Shown: positions 25,101 to 40,100 of the stretch, one piece after another
Numbering within the stretch: the stretch's first letter is position 1
Layout of the letters: the number at the start of each line of letters is the position of its first letter
Assembly: GCA_002633005.1 (NCBI GenBank)
Contig: NMRA01000001.1
Location: forward strand, 4,271,180-4,335,179
Direction: 5' to 3'
Origin: Phoronis australis
Lineage: Eukaryota; Animalia; Phoronida
Length of the DNA stretch: 64,000 nt
The notes under the pieces: model-generated
What the model was told of the DNA's origin: nothing
Seen by the model: the letters and a program-made list of their open reading frames with translations, nothing else
The model's database searches: none
Program-made: the position numbers and the translations under genes

Positions 25101-28100
25101 GAATGTCTTCTCAAATATTATTTAAAAACGAACTGTTCATGTTGCCAGCAATCTAAACAATTTTCCCAGTATTAGTATAAAGTTGAAGTCTCCTTTACCT
25201 ACATAATGAAAGCGCATTCAATGAATCGGTCAATAAAAGAGCAGTCACCAAATCAGAAAATTTCAGATAGCTTGAGGGGTAAGGCATAGAAAGAAACCAT
25301 TAATGCACTGCAGATAGCCATTGGCGATGTCTACTTGCCAAATTTCAGACAGTTCTGTCAAAGGATCATTGAGTTAGAGCTCCGCAAGAAGTATTCGGTA
25401 AATTGTCTTCACAGCGCCATCTTGCGTCCTATTGCGCCTCAAAAGTGGAGTCTGCATGACAAGCTAAGATGAGTTAAACTTTGTATGTACCGGTACATTT
25501 ATGTCAATTGCGCAAAAAATGCATCTTATCTATTTCTATGGCATGATTATTTATCTAGGCCAACGAAAGTGTTAACTAGAAATACGCCAATAAGAGCAAG
25601 ATTTCACAATAAAGTAGTTCAAAATCGTGCACCTTGTCCTTCACATAATGCAGATTTTGTCTAACCAGGATAAAATCTCTTGATAATACTGGATTCAAAT
25701 CAATGCAGTTCTGTTGTTCATTGCAAATTTTGAGGGGGAGACAGGTATTGAGAGATTTTGTTCATTCAGAATTGTGATAGAATTCATGCATTATATGTGA
25801 ACAAAAATTGCACCCGGGAATGATTCTAAACGGCCTAGCTATTTTTGTTAGAAGAACAGCAGATGTAAAATGCTGTTTTTTGTGTTGCGATCTCATACTG
25901 GCTCTGTCAGCCCCCCCTCCTGTCCATGCCTTTTTCAGTGTTTCTTGCATTAATTCATACTTACCAACCTTTCAAAATTGTCACCAGGTCTTTTCCTAAA
26001 ATTGAGGATACAGAAATAGCCAGGATCACACCTAAAGATTGGCAAGCAAATTAACCAACTTGTGTTATGTACTATCAAAGATTTTTTAGTATCTTTGGTA
26101 CTATTCCTTAGCCAGACAGATGGGTTGCCATTTGTTATCTGGGGGTCATGACCCAGTTTGTTAAAGTTCAGATAAATAGACCATATTTCTAACTCAAGAC
26201 GCAGTTCGGCCTAGACTGTTATATCTTAACATGGTTGTTTGTTCTGGATGTCTCATCTAAGTAGTGCAGGAATACGATGAAGTCAAAGAACATTAGGTTT
26301 GTTTTATTATCATCTGATGCTCTGCCATTTTTGTGTTGGCGACATGGTTGATGTATTTATCATTAATTCGTTTTCCATAAGAACTGTTTCTGCGACAGGT
26401 GCTATTCACTTTCTGTGTCAGATAATTATTAAAACAAATTTAAATTGCCATTGAAGAATATTTGTGTCTAAAAGGTGTGTAAGTTTGTCAAACACTATAA
26501 GCTGTTCTTTTACAACTGTCAGGGTCTAAGCTTTAAAAGTTATCATCTTTTCAGTTATGCACATTTTTTCTCCTTGCATGTTTGTTTACCTGTTTTCATG
26601 ATACAGGTAGTAGATTTAATGTAAATGTCTGTATAACATTAGCAAATGTTAGCTGAAGTTGACCCACCTTCCATCCCATATATCAGATTATTACAGCATA
26701 CCATATTACCATGTTAACCTTCTATCGCTCACACAACCAATTCTGGTTCAGGCCACTCACCCTTACTTAAGTGGGCCTACTTATCACATATGTTCCTAAT
26801 TTTTGTCCAATTAGATGTGATATTTGGGCTTAGAAAAAAGTGTTACATGGTCATTATTGTTTGACACTTGAGGCTGCATTAGTTGGTGTGTCACAACGGG
26901 TCATTTTATGTTTGGAGTATAGTACTGTCAAGCAATAACAATTGTCATATTTAATCTACATAAACAGCATATTGAGACCGATTTTATAACAATATTGATG
27001 TTCTTAATCAGATTTTTTTTAATAATTGCAGGCAGTCAGGTACACATTGTACCTTGAAATTAGACTTGATTTGATAACTACAACACTCGATCAATACTCA
27101 GTCAAGCGGACAACCGGAAATTCACAGTGCAAACTCTCGCAGCTATTCTCGGGGTTCGCAAACTCTGCTTAATAAAATTTAGGTCACATGCGGGAGTTGG
27201 CATTCCATGTCTAGTGTTCTATGGTCACCCATATTAACACCATAAGCGCTGTTTACTCTACAAAAGTTGACATGGATCACTTGACACGGAACAAGATGTT
27301 CCAGTGTGTAAACGGGACTGACACGAAGCAAATTGACACTGCGGTGACAACTTTTGCCACCCGTTTGTGAGGTGGGGCAATTTGCGCTCGAACATCTTTC
27401 TCCGTGTCAATTATATGTCTAAACGCGAAATTGGGGCAAGGCAGATAGTATCATCTCTGCTGCGCTTGTGCAGTGACCTACATACGGGCTCTGTGTCTCT
27501 GCAACTCCCGCTATTTGAAAACGTGTGCATGTGCATTCCACTCTCCAGCGTACAACTTCGGTCTTGCCACAGTTAATGAAATTGCGTGTGTAAACGGCCA
27601 CTTGACACGGATCAAGTTGTTCCGTGTCAGTTGCGCTGGATCAAAAGTTGATGTCTAAACGGGACTATTTAGTACCATACGTGAGTCGGCCCATTTCTTT
27701 GCAAGTTCAATGGTATTGTTGTGTTTTATTGTTCGTGGTTTAATTGTTCTGGATATGTAGCGTGGAGACAAAAGTGGGACAAAAGTCGACAATGTGGTGA
27801 TTTGGTCAGTAACTTACCTAGGTTTGCCTATTGACTTCATAATGATGACACCATACAATGCTGCAGTTAACATAAGTGTCGTTTACACTATAAAAATTGA
27901 CACGGATCAGCTGACATGGAACGGAACGAGTTGTTCCAGTGCATGTATGGGTGTAAACAGGACTGAACTGGAGCAAATTGACACCACGGTGACAACTTTT
28001 GCCACCCGTTTGTGAGGTAGAGCAATTTGCGCTAGAACATCTTGCTCTTGTCAATTATGTGTCTAAATGCAAAACTGGGGCAAGGAGGAAAGGATCATCT

Positions 28101-31100
28101 CTACTGCGCTTGTGTAATGACCTAAATACAGGTTCCTGTCTCTTCAACTCCCGTCATTTGTAAACCAGCGCATGTGTGATCCACTCTCCAGCCTATAATT
28201 TCCATCTTGCCACAGTGAATTGTTTGTGTAAACGGGCGCTTGATACCGATCAATTTTCTCCGTGTCAGTTGCGCCGGGCCAAAAGTTGATGTCTAAACGG
28301 GACTATACATGGCACTTACAGTTGCTAAGTTATCAAGTTCAGACTTCTTTCAGAAGAGTTGTTGGTGCACATAAAAAACAAGAACAATGACACCACTACG
28401 GTAATTTTCAGGCTTAATTTTTTTTCTTTTTAATTATTACACAAATAAATGGTAATAAGTTAAAATGCAAATATTTAGCCCAGAAAGCGAACCATTATAT
28501 CGCGGCTTTTAACCATAAAACTGTGATTTACTTAAGTGAAACGTAATGTTGAGCTAAAACACCAAAACACCAGTAAATAAAACAACAAGAAAAAATCATA
28601 CAGTAATAAATGAGAACATATCAACAAGAGAATAACAAAGAGAAACATAAAACAAAAAAGCTCAGCGTAGATATTAATGCAGTTCCCTGTTGTGACATTT
28701 AAAAACAAAGTCACTAAGATTTCTAAGTAATAGAGCATTGCAATCGTGACTTAAATTGTGACAACCACTTAAAGCCCAGCTTCAATGGAATTTTGTTACT
28801 TTAGATGTATTAGGCTAACCAGATAGTCCTATCAAAGCTTAAGTAAAATAAGAAAATGCGAGTTCAATCACGCAAGTGTAAGCCCGTCAAATGATAAGTG
28901 AAGCTGCCTTTTCGTGCCATGTTGCGTCATTGTGAGATCCCAGCACAAACAACAAAAGGTTGTATTGAATAGGGGTCTGAATAGAACGCCATTGCGTGCG
29001 GGTGTTATTCGTTATTCGCAGCTGTTTGAATTAAAAGGTGATTCTTGCTGTGACGTAGACAAAAGCGAGCCAATACGCCTAACAGTTCGTTACATTTGGC
29101 AATTTATGGCAGTAGTGGGTTCAGAGCGATGCTCTTAACATACTGTAGGAACCAATTTCACATGTGTTTCTGTTGAAGATAGGCTTTAACTAATCATTTA
29201 ACTAATCAAGTCATCAATATACAATTCTCAAACTAACGTCCTCTGCTTCGACTAACAAATTTTGTGCAGATCCAAGTATATTATCAGTCTATCATCTCAT
29301 TGATGAATATCATGCAGGCCTTTATCCAGGATTTCGAAAATAGGTGTATACCAAGGCTTTTACATCTATGTTTACAAAACAGCCTTCTGTAGTGAGCTTT
29401 TTTACTAAAAAATGTGTAGACTAAGACTTTTACATCTAAATTTACGAAAACAGCCAAGTAGCTTACCGGACAAATATTAGAGATATTGGTTAAACGATGA
29501 GTGCACTACGTTATTGGTCAAATTGATGTTACAAAGTTTGTCATATAATTTTAATTAGCTTTTAATATTCTGTGAAATGAGTCATCAGAGCTGCAGTTAC
29601 AAAACAAGAAAAATGCACATATGATGTGTGATTTATATTTTGGCAACTTGTCACTGCTGTTCCATATTAAAATCTTAAAACGCACATTGAAAAGCATGAA
29701 ACGGGCGCAAACTCAAAAAATTTAAATGGGCATATTCTTGTGGCACAATATTGTATTAAAATAATGGCATTTTATTTCGCTTATGATGAAAATCATGAAG
29801 TTACAGCTCTTAAACACCAGTTTGTAGTTGTACTAAGGTATGAACCCTGCATGTACATATAGTGATGACCTATGGAGTTAAGACCACTGGGAGTATAGCC
29901 AGCAGTGGAAGAAAATTGACAACAACACTGCTAATGCTTGAAATGTGTTGTGGATACTTAATGCTATCAACTAAGTGTGAACATAGCAACATTGTATATA
30001 CTTTGTATGTAGGCCTACTCTGTATATTTCTTCCTGCTTTCAAAAAAGAACCACCACTGTGAGCTCACTTCTCCCTTCAGTTATGTTCCTGGTAATCATT
30101 ACAATGTGTGTATCCAAACTTGAAAGGTTCGGATTGATAGTGGGCATCCAACTGATAGGTTGGGCGTCCTTGCCAGGGTGTCCAGATTAGTGCTAGGGCT
30201 TCCATTTGGACGCTCAGGACCTACGCTGCATAAAGTCCTGATCTCATGGTAGGTTCACACGTTCTCATTCACCTTCTCAGGGTCCACACAAATCTCTACA
30301 TTTTCCCCTTTGGCAGGGAGCCACAGTGGTATTACTTTTTTATGTTGGAAACCTAGAACAGTCATGATAGTTGCGAAGCCATTGCTTTTGAACAGGGGTC
30401 CACTATCAGACTCAATGCTTTCGTGATGTCAAAAGTAAAAATCTGATCAAGCTTTAGTTTTACAGGTGCTGTTGATGGTTTCTGTTTGTGGGAAAGTTTG
30501 AAAAGTCAACAATAAAGATCAACAGAGAAATGAACTTTTATTTAGTATTTTTTTAATGAAAAACATGTAGTAATAAAGTAATGCTTTTACAAGTTTCAGG
30601 TCGCTACCATAATTACCACCAAGTAATATTTTGGAAAACTGCAGAGTGAAAAATGAACGAATGGACATTTTTGTAATTATTTTGTCCTAATTTGGAGAGG
30701 TTTTACCATACCTCTTGTTCATTTTTTCCAAAATACCGGAACATTTACCAAATTTGTAAAAGTTATTAACCTATTTTTGACTCAAAATTGAAGCCTTGTA
30801 TCCAATGATTTATTGCATGTGGAGTTCAATCTGGGTCGGCTAGCAGGTGTGTGACTTTGTTTCTGGAAGTCAGTGTGGCAATATCTCATCTATAGTTCTG
30901 GATACCAATGCTTACTCCGAGTGTGTGTCTTGTTATTAGGAGTTAAAGAAGCTGACATCTGCCAATGTTTGTAAGATAAACATATCGATGATATGAAAAG
31001 TCATTTTTTGCTGATTTTTGGCCTATTAAAATTCAACCGCTTGTTTGACCCTGTGTCAACAGAATGAAAGTGGACTTAACAGCTCAGAAAACACTTCAGA

Positions 31101-34100
31101 AACAAATGTATTACAGTATCTTATTAGTTATCTAGTTCAAAATATCGAAAATCACATAAATTCAAGATGGCACCATCCGCCATATTGAATTACAAAAAAT
31201 GCGTATTTTGATTTCCTTACCATATATTATACATTTCCCAAAGAAAGTTTATTGTAAACATCAGTGCTGGGTTCACCATAGGAAGTATCTAGGTCACTCT
31301 TGATATCACAAGTTGAACCCTATAAATAGTGTCAACTGTCTGGCCTGTGAATGACCCTGGCCTGTATGAATTGCTCTGTTTATAGCTTGCAGCCCACATG
31401 GTGATAGTTGCCAACTGTCCAGCTTGTGGTGAAACCGAAAGTTTGACCCACGACATCATAATTTCCTGCTTTTCTTCTTGTAATAGGCAACAATATTTGC
31501 ATAATTATGCTGTTTCCTTAATGCCTGCTGCTGTTTGTTGTCGTGATTCTCCACACAATTTCCTTATTTTCCCTGTTCCAATTTCATTGGCACAGAATTT
31601 TGTAAGCATGCGGTTTCTGGGGCTTGCGAGGACATTGTTCCCCTTGCAGCAAGATTTAGAGCCTGGTGTGACCCCTCCATAAGGCTTTGCCTCATGTAGC
31701 CAATACCAACATTTTGTACTGTTCGCCAGTGTAAGTTACAAGCCAATATTTTAAATCACTTGAGGGGAATGTTTGGGGCTAGTCATGATGGGAATTGCCT
31801 GTGATTTTTATGCGTCAACATATATCTTGATAAGATTTGGGAGATGTGTTCCTATGAAGCTGGCGATGGATTACGAATTTCAGACTGATCTGACTACCAG
31901 TGTGCCCCCTAGTGGAAATTTTAGTTTTTTACGCTTACCTCTGTATTTTCGAAGGTTCTCAACAGATTTTTATGAAATTTGGCAAATAGCCATCTATTAG
32001 TGAGATGATGCTATCCTCCCATTTTCAGATGGATTCGAGGTATTTTGCACTGTCTGGTGGTCATTTTTACTGTTTTTTAGTCTGTTTTTTGGTGTCCACC
32101 TTCTAGCAACCAAACCACTCTAAGGATAATTGTGAAAATTGGCCTGTCTGTTCTTAGTGTGAAGAGGACAGTTGACGATGATTTTCTAACGACTTCGACT
32201 GCTGTGGCGCCTCCTGGTAGCAGTTTTTTGTGCTCATAACTGTATCTCCTAAATCCACTGGAGGATCTTTATTACATTTAGCGAGTGTATTCATATGAAG
32301 TTATCAATAGACTATATGACGACTTTCAGACGGATCCGACAAACGCTGTGCCCCCTATTGGCAATTTCATTTTTTTCGTTTTCCACTGTTTGAAGTTTCT
32401 TGACGAATTTTATTAAATTTAATAGCTTTCTATTAAGAAACAATTACTTTTTTTCTTTTTCGGATGGATTTGACGTATTTTGCACCATCTAGTGGCTATT
32501 TTTATCATACAAATTAACACCCCTAGAAGCACACTGTTTGTGGTTCATTCGTGGGTGCATTTCAATGCTCCTCGTAGCTATTTTTAAGTATTTTTGAGAG
32601 GCAAATGAAGCCGATATCATTCGACCCCAAAATCAAGGGATTGGGAGTCTTGTAACTTCCCCTCTTTTGATGCGCCCACATCTGGAGATGAATGTTAGCC
32701 CTAAATACATTTAATATGGTTTTGTGTTTTGTTTAAATATGTCTACTTTAAATCAACAAGATTTTCACATATTTTTCTCTAACCATTTTGGCAATGTTTT
32801 GAACAATAATGGAACCTGTTGGACATTGAAAAAGTGCTGTGTGTATATGAATCAGATCATCTCTTTCAAGACATCCTATCAGCTCTCACAAGGCATCCTA
32901 TCAGCCATCTCATGTTCACAGTAGAATCGCACCAATTTCAGACAAAAACAAAATTGGCAAAATTGGCATTTTTGTTTTTCAATGTTTTTCTATCAATATT
33001 GCGAATGCCCACAATAGCTGTGGTATATATCTTTAAAAGACTTCACATAGCGTTTATTTGGTGTCACTGATCTTTTAGGAACAAATAAAAGAATGTAATT
33101 TCACTTGTCTGTCATATTGTGTCCTTAATTGTTCGTATTTTGATGCTTTATTTGCTTTGGTCTTGCATATTATTGTAAGCTTGACACATGGCCACCACTC
33201 AGATTCTGTACTCTGATCATAGCCACAGGCGTCCTCAGCTTCTGATCGTCCCCAATACACTATATATAATACTTCAAGGTATGATACTCCCGACCAGAAA
33301 TTCCACAGGTGCTTCACTTCAGCTGTCCATATCAAACACAAAACTCGATAAATTTACACAAAACAAGGTTTCAACAAACCATTAGCAATTGTTCTTTCTT
33401 CCAATCCCATTCACGATGTCTTGCTCCAGCGAGATCGCAACAAATTCGTGATCAAAGCACAAAATGTTACCAAAAATCCCACACATCGAGCCTCCTTGCA
33501 CGGTTCGAGGTCAAGGACGGTACGACAATTGCTGATTTGTCACGGAATGTCACGACATTGATAACTCCACCCAAAGCCAGACCATTCGTAACCTTCCGTG
33601 ATGAACCGGCAATTGCAGTACATCCGTAACTCATCGAATAATTCCGTACCGTCCTTGACCTCGAACCGTCCAAGGAGGCTCGATGTGTGGGCTTTTTAGG
33701 AAGATTTTTGTGCTTTGACCGCGAATTTCTTGCGAATTCGTTGGAGCAAGACACCGTAAATGGTATTGGGAGAAAGAACAATCCTTCATGGTTTGTTGAA
33801 CCTCTATTTTGTGTAAATTTATTGAGTTTTGTGTTTGCTATGGACAGCTGAAGTGAAGCACCTGTGGAATTTCTGGTCGGGAGTGTCATACCTTGTAGTA
33901 TTATATAGTAGTGTATTGGGGATGATCAGAAGCTGAGGACGCCTGTGATCATAGCATGACTAGACAGTATAGTGTATCATAAGATGCTGGCCTTGTCATA
34001 TGTTAGTCTGTGACATCATCAGCATGTGACTTTCTCACTTAAAAAGGCGGATCTGCCAGCGGCAGATTAAATGTCATACAAGTGTTCTGATGTGAAAAAT

Positions 34101-37100
34101 TTCAGTCAGTGCGTGTGCCATCTAACTTCTGATTACCTCTGGTCTGACGTTCTAGATCCAAGTCTGAGTTGAACCGCATCACCGCGGAACAGCGTCGTAA
34201 GCAAGAGACTAATAATGCCAAAGATCTGGCCAGAACACTGCCCTTCCCTGAAGATGTCACTGATAAGCTGCACCGGGCGTCAGTGTATAGACTGGCCATC
34301 AGTTACCTACAGATGAGAGATAAGATGAAGGAGGCAGAGAAAGTGTACCAGAGCAAGCCCTTGAACAGAGGTGAGGCATCTGTAGTGAAGTTGGTAATGG
34401 TGTAATTATTGATGCTATGCGTGTGTAGCCTTTAGCACGAGATGGGTGTGCTGGTGGCATGTGTATGTAGGAATGTAGAACACGAGAGTGCATGCTGCTG
34501 TAGATCTTACTACTGTAACCTAGCAAAATGGCCCCCACTGAAGTGAGTGGCCATGACAGTGACATTGGAATGTTGAATTGTGGGTCAGAATTCATTAATT
34601 ATAGGACATAATTCTCATTTTATGCATCACTGGCCTGGAAATTTGTGGGATCTGGGTCAAAAGCTCTGTGTAACCATGATGTAGGATCTGTTAAAATCGC
34701 TGATCATGTGAGGTATCGGCATAGAACTCAATGGGTGGGGTCATCCGAACATTATCTGATATGTGACGGTCAGGTTGGTGAGGATGACATTGTCAAAAAG
34801 AAATAACTGTTATTGTTTATCTATCATAAACTGGCTATAGATTTGTAAGTTGTCCCTTTCTTGTATTGAATGCAATCCTCTGTACTTCTTATTCTTGATG
34901 TCTCATATTTCTGTTTTTCAGCGTTTCTGTTTTGCCACCACTCCCTGTTTTCCCAACTCTCCTAGTTTTCCATCCTCTCTGTTTACCTAACTATTCCCTG
35001 CTTTCCCACCATTCTCTGTATTCCTAACTCCCCGTTTTCCCTCCATCCCATTTTCCCTCTCTCCCCGTTTTCCTAGCTTTCCCCGTTTTCCTAGCTTTCC
35101 CCGTTTTTCCAACTCTCCCAACTTTCCCACCTCACTCTGTTTTCCTGTTTCTAATGCATAACTCTTTTTAAAGTAACAATTGCAGATTATAAATCAGTGG
35201 TAACATTTATTTTCAGTGGAAGTATTCAACCATGATCAGCAAATTATACCATATCAAGGCAAACAAAAGTCTGATTTGGATGAAAACAACCTTATGCTGG
35301 ACATTTTGAATGGGTTTGTGATCTATGTGTCAACTAGAGGCGTTGTATTGTATGTGTCAGAGAATGTCAGCCAACATCTTGGATTGGATCAGGTGAGTTG
35401 GCTTTGAAGGTGCTACACTGATGTTCAGCTGAAGAACAGCAAATCACTTGTACTCTGTCGTCTCACCATCTCACTCGCATTAGTATGCATTAAATATTAT
35501 TTATGAACTTATTAATGAAGTAAACTTTTAGAACTGACTTCAGGAATTATGTGAATTTATTAAATTTTCCACATCAGATGGAACCGTGCAGGTTTCCAGT
35601 TGGATCTGCATGAACATTTCCTCAAATGGTGCATATTTGTTTTTCTGATCCACAGAATTCATAATTATTTTGTTTCCTCGGGCTTTTATTTTGAAAACAG
35701 TAGTTTGCATTGCTGTATTTGTCTGGTAGCCGAGTCATACAAAATGAATCAGGGTAGATAGGGGCATTGACTTTTTCTGTGAGCGGTCAGATTTTGGTGT
35801 GGAGTAAGTAGTATTTTTTATTTGCACACGTGTACAAAATATCTGTGCATACGTATTTCATCATTTCTGCCCAGACTTCTAATTTTGAAGCATCTTGCAT
35901 CTGTCCACAATCTTTTTAAGGGATCCAACTACCGCCATGCCCTGTATTGGTACTGTAGAGTCTAGCTGCACTTCTGACCAAACATAAAGTTACTGTGGAA
36001 TCATTTGAAAATGGATCACTGATTAAGATGGCCAACATATTTTATTAGGCTTTAACCCTTATCCTGCTGAGCCTCTATTCAGACTACTTTCCCTGTGTGC
36101 TGAGCTAAGTAGGTCACCACTACTGCTGTTCATTGGGCTGTTATGAAGGTCACTCAGATTAAATTAACATTTTTAAATTGGAAAAGTATTCTGCATGAAA
36201 GTTAATTTAATGGAGATTTTCACCATATGCATATCTTCATCATAGCCTTCATGTAAATAAACCTGTTAAATTTCAAAGTGGCCACCCTTTGTTTATTTGT
36301 TTTCGTACATAATAACATTATAGCTGACACTCAAAAATCATTCATGGGTATTCATGAGACTTCCATGTTTTAATAATGCAGATTTACTGGCTGTGACGTC
36401 ACATCTACAAGCAAGAATGTACAGTTTATGTAACATGTCTCAACTTTTCACAGTAATTTATGACTGGTGCAGTTGCTTGCAGCAGTCTGTTTTGAAGTTC
36501 AATTTGGTGTGGAATAACTTGAAACATGGGTGGGGACACATAGCTATTCTACACTGTTTGCATCGATATTCAGTCTGGTGTCGCTTCACTTTCCGATTTG
36601 AACATACGGCACAATCAGGGAATGACTGGCGACCACTACTCGTTTTTGTCGGATTGATTTCGATGAAGTGACGTTCGGTCAGACGGCTCGGAACATTCCG
36701 AATTGGGCGAAGCACTGCACGATTTCGACTGTAATTGGCCAATAACCCTTTCACCACATTTAACCGGAACCGTTGAGGTGTTGTATGGCTCGCATTCACT
36801 TCACGGAAGATTATTAATGCGTTATCGAGAGACACTTCTTGCAAAGCTATGTAGGCCTTCTTCCACCACTTTACAGCTCTGTGTAAAGTTAAAAAATACC
36901 ACATATGCTGGTCAGCAATGTCGACGTCCATGTATTTGGTGTACAGTTCTATTGCACACGGTTTGATGACCTCTCTGTGATTCTCAGGTGCATTGCGGGC
37001 ACGCACACGTTTCATAAACGTACTGTCGTCATGTACTGTAGATAAAACACTTACAGTACGCTTGTCCTTCCAGACAACAAACATCTTTTCACCATGGTGA

Positions 37101-40100
37101 ACAACTGTCGCCGGATCATCTTTTTTGATGGTTCGCTGTGCTTGCTTCACAGCATCCGGCACACCCTGGTGGTTGACACTAAAACTGCCACAGGCACCAC
37201 AACCCTGACGCGCTAGCTCATCAAACAACACTGGCGACGCGAAGCGATTATCCATGTAAACATGGTGACCCAATCCGTACAATGGTCGACAAATGTCAGT
37301 GACAACTCCATACATCACTCTGTGCTCGGGACGTTGAACACCTTGTTTTCCAGCATATAAGTCCCAGTTCCACGTGTATCTAGTTCTAGCGTCTGCAAGC
37401 ACCCAGGTATTGAGACCCCATCTGTGGGGTTTGTTCTGACAGCACTGTACCATATATGACCGGCCCTTGAAAGGTATGATACTTTCATCTACGGACACTT
37501 CGCGGCCAGGATGAAATGCCCCTTGCCATGCTGGTATTACAATATTCATAAGCGACCTCACCTTAAAAATGCGGTCGTACTGAGGGTGGTCTCGCGGCAG
37601 CATTTCATTGTTGTCTACAAGGTGAAAAAATTGCAGGATCAACAGGAAGCGATCTCGAGACATGACGTTCCTGAAACCGGACATCTCCAGGAAACCATCT
37701 GTAGTCCAGTATTGTTCGTAATTTGCACGGCGGTCAATTCCCATGAGAATTAAAATGGCAACAAATGCCCTCATCTCCACGGCATCAACTTCCACCCACC
37801 TTTTCACCCTTGAGTACGTTCTGAGTACCTCAACACCACCCAGCTGCTCAATATACTGACGAGCATACCTGTTCGTTTCATTGGTCATTATTATAAACAA
37901 TTCGTCTGTGAAAATGTCACAAAAAATATCTAATTCTGAATGAGTTCCATCGTGTTTCAGAGGCCCTGTGTTATGCGTGAAGGGCATGAGCCAAGCATCA
38001 TCGTAGGCCCCTCCAAGTTCAGATTCAGGGATCGGTAACTTGTTCAGAATTGCACCGAGATCCGAGTTGATAGAATCTGCATTACTTGTGACTGTTGTGT
38101 TGGCTTCCCCGTCACAGTCACCGTCACTTTCGAGTGCCAATTCTAGCTCGTTTTCACTGTCTGAGTCCATAAAAACCTCTTCATAGAACTGCTCCACAGT
38201 CATCCTGTTACGTCTGGCTTCAGCCATAATGAAACTGTGACTACGCTTAAAAATAAAACTGCCAATATCTCACTAACCACTTATCACAGCCATGTGTATT
38301 GTAGAGGAAACTGAACTGTGGAATGCGCATGCTCACATATCTAAACAACATCTAGGGCTCTGAATGAAAACCACAAGTGTCCAGGGGTGAGTGCACTCAC
38401 CTAATAGTCTCAGCTGCAGCTTATCGTAGTCAATTATTGAGTGCACCCATCCAGCAGTAATAGGATAACTGGCAAGTCGGCTGACCTCGCCTGGAGCAGG
38501 ATTAGGGTTAAAGGCCATTGCACATGTTTGTTTAATGCAAAAATAATACCACTATCCGGGAACATAATATTGATAGTCTGGGGAACGCCTGGGGTCATCG
38601 TCATAGCTCATGTATGAACTTAAGTTCAATATCATCAAAAGAATTTGTTTACATAAGCCAATATTTTTCATTCTTCGGATTTGGTACACTACGGTAAAGT
38701 CGCGCGATTTTCGGGAGGCCCACCATTTTGGGACAAGAATAAATATTTCCGAAATGAGTTTTTCATAGTCCGAAATTTGTACAAGGTGCAAAAACTGCTT
38801 TTCAGTGATTCTCGAATTTCGGACAATGTCCTAAACATCGGATTTCTGTCCCGCGACTTTCGGACAAGGAAAATTTTAGAAACGCTAATTTCGGAACGAC
38901 GCAACTCTCCTGTCTCTAAAGCGTTCAATGGATTATTACTAGCTCTATAAGGCTTGAATCCGAGAATCGGTATAACGGGCTCTGTAATTTTTACCTTGTC
39001 TTGACGATGTCACGACCGTTACTCGATTGTCTTACGTTTAGCTTGTGTTTGACGCTTTATCTATGAAAAGCATCTCCGAGTCTCGCTTGATGAAAATTTC
39101 TGATGAAAATACAAATGGGAATTACACCGAAAGCTGTTGTTGCGTCACAATAATATGTGCTCTGGTTTAATTACACAGTGCTGTTCGACTTCCGACTGTG
39201 ACATTGTACTTGCACGTCTGACATCAACTTGCGTGTTTACGAAACTTTTTTTAAAACGTCCTGGCCTTTGCAAATGCCCTTATCAGTGGCTAAAATCTCC
39301 CGACGACGTGTCCGGATTTTATCCTTGACTCCTTGACGCGATGAGTATTTATTTGAATCAGATTTGGTAGTCGTTGCTTCTTGTGGTCCTAGGGGTAGGC
39401 TAACTAGAATATAGGACCTGAAGTCCAATGCAACGGGCCTGAAAGCTGCTTGGTTTTTCCGACCCGGAGGTCCATATTTACTTTCCACAGGACCTTGTCT
39501 TCTTGTCCATATCACCGCCTTCAGTTGATAGTTTTGAGACAAAAAAGAAACGTGATCTTAAACTACAACCACGTTTTTTGTATTACCTAAGATTGTTATA
39601 GGATCATTTCAACTGTAAGTGTATTCATTTGTGTTTGATTCGAAAGAGATGACTATTGCATTGCTAATTATTATTGTTCTATTTTTACCCGAGAGTGATG
39701 CCTTACTTGCTGCAAGGGTAAATAATTTTGGGAAGTATTACCTGCGATATCCGTATATAAGTTCGGGAAACCAAAGGTCGGATGTAAAAATACAATGCCG
39801 AATACACGAACACAGTATAAAATATGTAGCTCGCCCTAAATATATCTTAGTGAGAATAGCATTATTTTTAGATTTCAAACATGCATTTTTATTCTCAGAT
39901 ATGGCATCCCAGGTATATTTTTGGAAAAAAATAAGATACGCAAACAGGGCATATATTCTTCTGGACTTATATACGGAAATCTGCGGTGGATCTTCTTAAA
40001 CCTGTAAACCATTAAAATTTCATTGAGACAGTTTTGTTCTACTAACATGTTCAACTAACATTCCGTTCATGCAAGTCGGTCTATACGTTCGCGTTTAAGG

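Noticed and set aside
33075-33889. Paired ORFs with similar translations ([15 protein letters not shown]) on opposite strands
   Set aside because: A consequence of the foldback inverted repeat, not genes.
36354-37753. Plus-strand ORFs overlapping the transposase
   Set aside because: Antisense shadows of the piggyBac ORF with no recognisable motifs.
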